Assembly (NCBI GenBank): GCA_963814315.1
Contig: CAWFCG010000003.1
Span: 1,131,599-1,195,598, forward strand
From: an uncultured Chloroflexia bacterium
GTDB taxonomy: Bacteria > Chloroflexota > Limnocylindria > Limnocylindrales > CSP1-4
Direction of reading: 5' to 3'
DNA: 64,000 bases
Shown: positions 53,545 through 64,000 of the stretch, piece by piece
Position numbering within the stretch: position 1 is the stretch's first letter
Layout: the number at the start of each line of letters is the position of its first letter
Notes under the pieces: generated by a model
Seen by the model: only the letters and a program-made list of their open reading frames with translations
What the model was told of the DNA's origin: nothing
Databases searched by the model: none
Position numbers and translations under genes: made by a program

Positions 53545-54816
53545 CTAACCCTGCCTGGCGCTTTCGGCCGCGGCCTGCCTGGTCAGCGTGGCGAGGAACT
53601 CGGCGTTCGAATCGGTCTTGGAGAGACGGTTGAGCAACAGCTCGATGCCCTCGTTGGTCCCCACCGCACCGAGCATGCGGCGCATCGTCCAGACCATCTT
53701 GAGGACGGGCTCTTCGAGCAGCAGTTCCTCGCGTCGAGTGCCGGAGCGCTGCACGTCGATCGACGGATAGATGCGCTTCTCAGCCAGCTTGCGATCGAGG
53801 ATGAGCTCACTGTTGCCGGTGCCCTTGAACTCTTCGTAGATGACGTCATCCATGCGCGAGCCCGTATCGACCAGGCACGTCGCGATGATGGTCAGCGAAC
53901 CACCCTCTTCCAGCTTGCGCGCGGCGCCGAAGAAACGCTTGGGCGGATAGAGCGCCACCGGATCGATACCACCGGTCAGGGTACGGCCGGACGGCGGCAG
54001 CGCCAGGTTATAGGCGCGCGAGAGCCGCGTGATCGAGTCGAGCAGGATGACCACGTCGCGGCCGCTTTCGACCTGCCGCTTGGCGATCTCGAGCGCCATC
54101 TCCGCCACATGGGTGTGGTTCTCAGTGGGCTCGTCGAAGGTGGAGGAGATGACCTCACCCTTGACCGAGCGGCGCATGTCCGTGACCTCCTCCGGTCGCT
54201 CGCCGATGAGCGCGACCATGAGCAGGATCTCAGGGTAATTCTCCGTGATGCCGTTGGCCATGTTCTTGAGCAGCATCGTCTTGCCGGCCTTGGGCGGGCT
54301 GACGATGAGCGCTCGCTGGCCCTTGCCGATGGGGTTGACGAGGTTGACCAGGCGCTGGCTCAGATTCTTGGGATCGGATTCAAGGTTGATGAGCTCGTAG
54401 GGGTGGATCGGCGTGAGCTCTTCGAAGTGCGGTCGGCGGCGAGCGTCGTTGGGATCCATCCCATTGACCGTGTCCACGCGCACCAGGCCCCAGTACTTCT
54501 CACCTTTCTTGGGAGGTCGCGGAATGCCAGCCACGCGATCACCGCCACGCAGGTCGAAGCGACGTACATGACTGGAGCTGACGTAGATGTCATCCGGGCT
54601 GGGCATGAGGCCACGACGGCGCATGAAGCCGTAGCCGTCCTCGACCAGATCGAGGATGCCGGCGGCGTACTTCTGGCCACTGCGCTCTGTCTGGCGCTGC
54701 ATGATCTGCTCGACGAGCTCGTCCCGCGCCATGCCATTTGCGTCCGCGACGTCAAGGTCACCGCCGATCCTGGCGAGCTCGTCGACATCCTTCTTCTCGA
54801 GTTCCTTGATGTCCAT
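53545..54816 (-). CDS. rho: Transcription termination factor Rho
   Basis: MDIKELEKKDVDELARI N-terminus, an RNA-binding domain, Walker A SPPKAGKT, and the full hexameric ATPase sequence. Confidence 0.95.
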   Translation of the reverse strand: MDIKELEKKDVDELARIGGDLDVADANGMARDELVEQIMQRQTERSGQKYAAGILDLVEDGYGFMRRRGLMPSPDDIYVSSSHVRRFDLRGGDRVAGIPRPPKKGEKYWGLVRVDTVNGMDPNDARRRPHFEELTPIHPYELINLESDPKNLSQRLVNLVNPIGKGQRALIVSPPKAGKTMLLKNMANGITENYPEILLMVALIGERPEEVTDMRRSVKGEVISSTFDEPTENHTHVAEMALEIAKRQVESGRDVVILLDSITRLSRAYNLALPPSGRTLTGGIDPVALYPPKRFFGAARKLEEGGSLTIIATCLVDTGSRMDDVIYEEFKGTGNSELILDRKLAEKRIYPSIDVQRSGTRREELLLEEPVLKMVWTMRRMLGAVGTNEGIELLLNRLSKTDSNAEFLATLTRQAAAESARQG

Positions 54817-54988
54817 CGTGTCCGGTGTCAGTTCCTTGCGGCAAGGGGATGGATGCTCGACACTGCCACGCACAGAGCGCCAAGCAGGGTGAGGATCCAG
54901 GATGGGTGCCGTCCGCACCTGAGATCGCAGATGCACCAGGACGTGTGACGGCCCGGCGGCGACTCAGCGGTGCGGGAGGGTGACTCCG

Positions 54989-55016
54989 ATAGTAGCACGC
55001 ACCCAGAATCGGTCAA
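54989..55016 (-). promoter_or_regulatory. Candidate rho promoter
   Basis: On the minus strand: TTGACC (55016-55011), 16-nt spacer, TACTAT (54994-54989). Implies a leader of roughly 165 nt. Confidence 0.35.
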
Positions 55017-55096
55017 CTATCGTTCGACCGAAGACTTCGGGTGCGTCTCAGGGCGCGCCGCGGCGTAGTGTGTCCGCGCTGCCTCTGTGTTGAGGG

Positions 55097-55762
55097 TCAG
55101 GCCTTGGCGGCGAGCTCTTGCTGGGCCTTGGCCCAGTCGGCCTTGAAGGACTCGATGCCCTTGTCGGTCAGTGGATGCCGAACCATCTGCTGGAAGACCT
55201 TGAACGGTAGCGTGGCGACACCGGCACCCGCGAGAGCGCCGTCGATGACATGCCGCGGCGAGCGCGTGGAGGCCACGATGATCTCCGCCTCGTAGTCGTG
55301 GATCTCGAGGATGGCGGCCAGCTCGCGCACCATGTCCATGCCTTCCTGGCTGATGTCATCGAGTCGACCGACGAAGGGCGACAGGTAGGTAGCTCCCGCC
55401 TTGGCGGCCAGGATGCCCTGCGCCGAGCTGAAGATCAGTGTGCAGTTGGTCTTGATGCCTTCCTCGGCGAAGGTCGAGATGGCGGTCAGACCGGTCTCCG
55501 TCATGGGCACCTTGACCACGATGTTGGGGGCGATCCTGGCGAACACGCGGCCCTCGCGCAGCATGCCTTCGAGGTCATCGGCGATGACTTCCGCGCTCAC
55601 GGGGCCGGAGGTGATGGTGGTGATCTCCTTCAACACATCGGGATAGGTGCCGCCGCCGGCCTTGGCGAACAACGTCGGGTTGGTGGTCACGCCATCGAGC
55701 ACGCCCCAGCTATGGACGGTACGGATCTCATCGATGACGGCGGTGTCAAGGAATAGCTTCAT
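55097..55762 (-). CDS. tal: Fructose-6-phosphate aldolase / transaldolase (family 3B)
   Basis: MKLFLDTAVIDEI...GVTTNPTL...VKVP...NCTLIFS. Start at ATG 55762. Confidence 0.9.
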   Translation of the reverse strand: MKLFLDTAVIDEIRTVHSWGVLDGVTTNPTLFAKAGGGTYPDVLKEITTITSGPVSAEVIADDLEGMLREGRVFARIAPNIVVKVPMTETGLTAISTFAEEGIKTNCTLIFSSAQGILAAKAGATYLSPFVGRLDDISQEGMDMVRELAAILEIHDYEAEIIVASTRSPRHVIDGALAGAGVATLPFKVFQQMVRHPLTDKGIESFKADWAKAQQELAAKA

Positions 55763-55931
55763 AACGAGTGGGCTCCTCGGGAAGGGGGTTCGAGTCAGGC
55801 GCCCATTGTATGACGGAGGGCATATCGAGCCGGCCTTCTTGGCGGCGGGGGACCTTGCATCCATTGCAAGATCGCGACCGGGAGACGCCCCGATGTGCCA
55901 ATTCCTTGCGCCGGGTGATGTGTGGCCGGGG

Positions 55932-58949
<3,018 letters not shown>

Positions 58950-58966
<17 letters not shown>

Positions 58967-59834
58967 AGCCTCGTCGTCGGAACAACAGGTAGATGGCTCC
59001 GATGATGGCCGCCGACAGCAGGAAGGTGATCAGCATCAGCGCCGACCCGGCTCCGAAACGGAAGCGGTCGAACGCCTCCTCGTAGGTGAGCAGCGGCAGG
59101 AAGAGTGTCGAGTAGTAGGGATCGCCACCCGTCATCACGAATGACGGCGTGAAGGTCCACTGGAAGCTGAGGATGACGTCGCGGAACGTCAGCAGTGCCA
59201 GCCACGGCAGCAGCAACGGCAGCATCAGGTAGCGAAAAGCGGCCCACCGTCCCGCGCCATCCACGGCCCCCGCATCCTCGTACTCGCGCGGCAGGCCACG
59301 CAGTGCCGCCAGCAGCACCACGAAACCCTCTCCGATCTGGAATGCCGCCATGAACACGAAGGGGAACCGCGCCGTCCCGGCATCGGCCAGCCAACCAGGT
59401 TGCGGCAGGCCCAGCGCGCCCAATGCCACGTTCAGCGGACCGTACAGCGGGTTGAGGATCCAGAGCCAGATCAGCGCGAACGCCACGTCGGGGATGACCG
59501 TCGGCAGGTAGACGGCAGCACGATAGCCACCCACACCTCGTCGCTGCCGACGCAGCAACAGCGCCAGGCCCAGCGCCCCGAGAACCCGCAGCGGCACCGC
59601 CAGCAGGATGAAGAAGAGCGAGTTACCGATGGCCGTGGTCACCATCGGGTCGGCTGCGAGAAGCCGGAAGTTGGCGAAACCCACGAAGACCGGAGGCGTC
59701 AGCGCGTCGTAAGAGGTGAACGCCAACGCGGCCGACAGCAGCGCCGGCAGGCCCACCAGGAGTAGCGTGCCGGCCAGGTACGGGAGCAGCATCAGCCACA
59801 GGCCGGCCCGCCAGGACAGCGCGGCGTGCCTCAT
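58950..59834 (-). CDS. Carbohydrate ABC transporter permease (MalF-like)
   Basis: 294 aa, six TM helices, EAA loop (DGAGRWAAFRYLMLP). Confidence 0.88.
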
Positions 59835-59885
59835 GCGACCTTGATCACCACCGAGGAAGTGTGCCCTAAAGGGTCCCGACGAGGC

Positions 59886-61202
59886 TCAGCCTTCCTCGCC
59901 CGCGAAGAACGGCAGTGTGCGGCTGATCATGGCGTCGATGGCCTCAGCAACCGAAACCTGCCCATAGAACGCCCGCTCCAGCTCGTCACCAGCGATCTCC
60001 TCGATATCGACCCAGTTGGCCATCACCGGCACCGCCCTCAGCGACTCGATGGTGTCCAGCCACACCCGGCTGTTGGCTGGCTTGGCCTCGGGGTCCAGGA
60101 ACGCGTCAGACGCCGCCACCTCGATCAACGAGGGCACCGTGCGCCCCGACCGTGCCACGATGGCTTGGCCCTCCGGCGAGTTGGCGAACTCGATGAACGT
60201 CCAGGCCGCTTCCTTGTCTTGCGTCGCGGCCGCCATGCAGTAGGCATCGGAATGCAGGATGCCAGCCGACACATCGCCCGTTGGCAGCGCGGCTACATCC
60301 CAGTCGAAGCCATCGATGGCACGCGCTGTGGGCGTGCCGCGACGACTATCGAGGAACATCGCCGTACGGCCGTTAAGGAAGCGGCTCATGGAGTCCTCGG
60401 CCGCCTCGGCCAGCGCATCGGGCACCACGCCGTGCTCGGTCTGCAAGGCCACGAACCACTCGACCGCCTCGCTCGCCGCTCGCGAATCGAGCGCCAGGCG
60501 AATCGGCCGCAGCCCTGACTCCAGCACTACCAGCTCGCCGCCATCGCCCCAGACGAACGGCGCCAGACGGAAGATGGAGGCCTCGGTGCCCAGCCCGTAC
60601 TGGTCAGTGACACCATCTCCGTCGAGATCCCGTGTCAGCGCCTGCGCGGTCGACAGGAACTCATCCCAAGTCCAGTCGTCGGACGGATACGCCAGGCCCG
60701 CGGCATCAAAGAGATCCTTGTCGTAGTAGACCACCAGGCTGCTGATGTTCTGCGGGATGCACATCAGCTGGCCGCGCCAGCGGAAGGCATCGGTGGCCTG
60801 TGGGAAGAAATCGCTGTCGCTGATGAGGTCGCTGCGGCGCAGGTACGGGGCCAACGGCTCCAGCGAACCCATCGCCGCGAAGGGGGCGAACCGGCGGTAG
60901 TTGATGAGCACCACATCGGCCGGGTCACCGGCCGCGAAGTCGGCACCCAGGCGCAGACGGTAGTCGGATGCACTGGGGATGTGGATAAGCTCGACCGGGA
61001 TCTCGGGATGTGCCGCTTCGAACGCGGCAACGAGCGTCTGATAGGCCGCCAACTCAGCAGGGTCGCCGAAGACCATGAACGAGACTGGACCGCCGAGATC
61101 GCCTTGCGCGCGCGCCGCGGGCATGGCCGATGCGAGCACCAGCAGGGTCACAAGGACAATGCGGAGCCAAGTCGGCAGCGAGCGGGGAGCGGATCTGTGC
61201 AT
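59886..61202 (-). CDS. ABC transporter extracellular solute-binding protein (family 1, sugar-type)
   Basis: Signal peptide MHRSAPRSLPTWLRIVLVTLLVLASAMPAARAQG, then an SBP_bac_1-like sequence. No ATPase gene in the operon (MsiK-type sharing is expected). Confidence 0.85.
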   Translation of the reverse strand: MHRSAPRSLPTWLRIVLVTLLVLASAMPAARAQGDLGGPVSFMVFGDPAELAAYQTLVAAFEAAHPEIPVELIHIPSASDYRLRLGADFAAGDPADVVLINYRRFAPFAAMGSLEPLAPYLRRSDLISDSDFFPQATDAFRWRGQLMCIPQNISSLVVYYDKDLFDAAGLAYPSDDWTWDEFLSTAQALTRDLDGDGVTDQYGLGTEASIFRLAPFVWGDGGELVVLESGLRPIRLALDSRAASEAVEWFVALQTEHGVVPDALAEAAEDSMSRFLNGRTAMFLDSRRGTPTARAIDGFDWDVAALPTGDVSAGILHSDAYCMAAATQDKEAAWTFIEFANSPEGQAIVARSGRTVPSLIEVAASDAFLDPEAKPANSRVWLDTIESLRAVPVMANWVDIEEIAGDELERAFYGQVSVAEAIDAMISRTLPFFAGEEG

Positions 61203-61223
61203 GCGGCCGATAGGATAGCGGTC

Positions 61224-61613
61224 ATGCCCGACACTGCCCCGCATCGGTCGCCCCAGCCCCCAGTGCGCTTCGATCCGCTGCTCGTGGGCGTCGGTCTCAC
61301 GTATCTGTGCCTGGGTGGCCTGCTCGCGGTCGCCTTCATCATGGGTGGCGTCCAGTCCTCCCTCTTCCCGACCGGTTGGCTGTTCCCGGCGGTCCTGATC
61401 ATCAGCGGCGCCCTGATGGCCGGCCGTCGTCGCTTCGACCTCGTGGCCACGCTGTGGGGCGGGCTCACCCTGGCGGTGTTCATGCTGGGCGTGCTCGTCT
61501 ACGTCAACGCACTCGATCGCGGCCTCGATGACGCCGCGGCGTTCGACGCGACCCTCATCGTGGCCGGTTTCGGCCTCCTGGCCCTCATCCTACGGCCGGC
61601 CTTCCGCGACTGA
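61224..61613 (+). CDS. Small 4-TM membrane protein of unknown function
   Basis: 129 aa with four hydrophobic helices. Its ATG is only 21 nt from the divergent SBP start. Confidence 0.5.
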   Translation: MPDTAPHRSPQPPVRFDPLLVGVGLTYLCLGGLLAVAFIMGGVQSSLFPTGWLFPAVLIISGALMAGRRRFDLVATLWGGLTLAVFMLGVLVYVNALDRGLDDAAAFDATLIVAGFGLLALILRPAFRD

Positions 61614-61796
61614 CATCACCGTGGACCGGTCATCCAAACGTGATGCACATGACAGCAGCCCTCCCGAAGACGGTGTAGGCTCGCGCGAAATCGAGGATGG
61701 TCGCACTTAGGGTTTGCTGGTCACCGCGTGACGATGCTCGACCAGATCCCCCGGGTCGCCCAGCCCGTTCCCGTACGCATGTAGAGGTGCCAACCG

Positions 61797-62450
61797 ATGC
61801 TGACGCCGGACTACCCACGACTTGGCTTGCGCGGTTTGGCCGCGGCCACGGTCATGGCCGCCACCATGCTGCTGCCCGCGGGCGCCACCCTGGCCATGGA
61901 CGCCGGGAACGCAGAGCTGGAGCCGATCCTCGTCGACCCGGCAGGGGTGCAGGCCACCGTCGGCGAGCTGCGCACGATGGTCGACGCCCTCAGCCTGGCC
62001 AACGATTCGCTGCAGGCGGACAACGCGACGCTACACGAGACGGTGGATGCGGTCACCGCGGAACGCGACCGACTGCGCTCGTCGCTCGACAGGTTCGATG
62101 ACCTGTACGCGCCACTCGAGGCGGATCGCCAGCTGCTTTTTGAGCTTCGCAAGGGCATGCCGGAGACTCGCCCCGAAGCTGAAGCCCAGCTCGAGCGCAT
62201 CCGGACATTGGCCCTATCGGCCGATCCCGCTCGCCTCGGGCAACTGCTTGACCGCGTCACCGAGGCAGCGCCGGCCTACCTTGACTGGCGCTTTGGCGAA
62301 TTCGGCAACACACAGGACTTCACCGCGGCTTATATCGACACCGGTGCCAATGCCTTCGACACGTCGATGGAGGAGTTCCACTCTGAGGTGCTGCGGTCGG
62401 TCGCGACCCAACTCGATGGGCTCCTCACCATCCTCGACCGGGTCCGCTAG
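61797..62450 (+). CDS. Secreted coiled-coil protein of unknown function
   Basis: Signal peptide (LAAATVMAATMLLPAGATLA), then a heptad-like Leu/Glu/Arg/Asp-rich sequence. Confidence 0.55.
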   Translation: MLTPDYPRLGLRGLAAATVMAATMLLPAGATLAMDAGNAELEPILVDPAGVQATVGELRTMVDALSLANDSLQADNATLHETVDAVTAERDRLRSSLDRFDDLYAPLEADRQLLFELRKGMPETRPEAEAQLERIRTLALSADPARLGQLLDRVTEAAPAYLDWRFGEFGNTQDFTAAYIDTGANAFDTSMEEFHSEVLRSVATQLDGLLTILDRVR

Positions 62451-62499
62451 CGCGGCCCCTCCGATACACACCATCCCGACCTGATCGACAAGGAGAACG

Positions 62500-64000
62500 A
62501 TGTCCGCTTCCCGAACGTCGTGGCGTCTCGTGCTCGGCACGACACTGGCCCTCGCCCTGACCAGCGCTATCCCTGTGGCGGCGCAAGAAGAGGAGGAAGG
62601 GGGAATCGGGCAGGACTCCTACGACATCATCCCGCTCCTCGACGCCAGCCCCGCCGACCTGCTGGGGCCGGCCGCTTCGTTCCTTTCTGGCCAGGCCTGG
62701 TTGACGGCCCCGGGTGGCGACCCCGGCCAGGGGCTGTTGCCTACCGGCGATAGCACCCTTGGACCCGGTCTGGGCACGGACTCGACTGGCTCTTCGCCGC
62801 GTATGCAGGCGGCCGGCGCCGGTGCACCCGTCCCCTATCGCGACCCCGGGCCGGCCTTTTCCCGAAACATCCTGGTGACCCGGGACTTCGGCCGGGCCCC
62901 ATTCCAGACCGAGCCGCAGATCGAGGCCGACCCCAACGACCCCGACCATCTCGTGCTTGGCGTCATCGACTACGCCTTCCCCTCCATGTCGGCATACGTC
63001 ACCTTCGATGCTGGCGAGCGCTGGGAGGGCCCCTTCCAGGTGCCCTACCTGCAGAAGGACCTCGGCGCCGGCGGTGACCCCGTGCTGGCCTTCGACCGCG
63101 ATGACAACGTCTACATGGCTTACATCTCCGTCGGCATCGACGAGTTCAACCTGGGCCCCATCGAGGTGGCGGCGCAGGTGTCGAGCATCGCCGTGGCCAA
63201 GTCCGAGGATGACGGCTTCAGCTGGCCCACCCAGATCTTCCTCGGCCCGTAGCAGCGTCAACACCGATGGCCTGGAGACCGACCGATTCGGTCGCCTTCG
63301 TGGCCTCGTCGACATCAGCTTCCTCGACAAGCCCTGGATGGCATCTGGCCGCCACCCGGACGACCCTGAGAAGGACGTGCTGTACGTCACCTACACCAAC
63401 TTCGACCTGAGCTACGAGATCCTGTACATCGGTGAGATCCCCAACCTGCTGCCGACCGAGATGCGCACCACCATCGAGCTGGTGAAGTCCGAGGACGGCG
63501 GCCTCACCTGGAGCGATCCGGTCGCGGTCAGCCCGACGGTGCGTCGCGCCTATGGTGAGCGCGGCGACGGCAGCGGCGCGCCTGGCGTGTTCGGCACCTT
63601 GCGAGTGGTGCAGGGCAGTCAGCCCGTGGTCACCCCCGAGGGCTTGGTCCACGTGGCCTGGATGGACAGCACGGACGATCGCTCACAGGAGGGCGTAGGT
63701 GAGATCCAGGTCGCCAGCTCGAGCGATGCCGGCGAGACCTGGTCGACCCCGGTGGTGGCTTCGGTCTTCAATGAGACCGAGTTCCGCCCGCGCACCAACA
63801 ACTTCCGCTTCTGGGCATCCTCCTTCCCGCAAATCGCTGCCGGTCCAGAGGGCGAGGTCTATGTCGCCTATGTGGGGCGACCGTCGGACAAGCCTGACGA
63901 CGACGGCGATGTCTACCTGACGTCTTCGTTCGATGATGGCTTGAACTGGTCCCGGCCCAAGGTGCTCAACGCCGATGCCACCGAGCACGTGCAGATGTTC
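62500..64000 (+). pseudogene. Secreted BNR/Asp-box beta-propeller (sialidase-like fold) protein. Frame is broken near 63250; 3' end lies beyond the window.
   Basis: Asp-boxes SEDDGFSW, SEDGGLTW, SSDAGETW and SFDDGLNW. ORF 62500..63252 stops at TAG, but the sense sequence (SSVNTDGLETDRFG...LDKPWMA...) continues in the next frame to the window end. Confidence 0.65.

Noticed and set aside
61202-61224. Only 21 nt between the divergent start codons of the solute-binding protein and the small membrane protein
   Set aside because: This is probably a start-codon assignment issue or leaderless transcription. There is too little evidence to call a regulatory feature.

Overview
High-GC bacterial chromosomal segment (GC not computed). 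It has GGAGG-type RBSs and many 4-nt start/stop overlaps. Gene content and synteny fit an Actinomycetota- or Chloroflexota-like Terrabacterium, but the taxon cannot be fixed from this window. Most of it is core metabolism and information processing: rpsT (5' partial), a compact gap-pgk-eno operon, ROK glucokinase, a nucleoside phosphorylase, a gmhA-like isomerase, two sugar ABC loci (one with a divergent LacI regulator), leuS, three tandem LLM (F420-type) oxidoreductase paralogues, comEA-comEC-HD-holA, obg-nadD-racemase-rsfS, rho, transaldolase/FSA, pyrG, an OmpR/HAMP-kinase pair and two tRNA-Ala genes. Accessory content: a vapBC-type TA pair; a split SOS mutasome (imuA-imuB-imuB_C, then dnaE2) with two identical GAAC-N4-GTTC boxes; a degenerate LytM membrane protein sharing the dnaE2 SOS box; a surface-anchored lamin-tail-domain plus multi-OB protein; a cluster of secreted proteins of unknown function; and a BNR/Asp-box propeller. 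I saw no CRISPR array, rRNA, transposase, integrase or prophage genes. Other observations: at least five clear (probably six) single-nucleotide reading-frame breaks, all in accessory genes; an inverted-repeat-flanked 11-nt tandem-repeat element upstream of pyrG; a 19-nt repeat linking the imuA promoter to the two-component-system promoter; and recurrent 15-nt in-frame duplications. I did not find an obviously new multi-gene system. The best candidates for new biology are the SOS-box-linked LytM protein, the nuclease-less LTD/OB surface protein and the split imuB.
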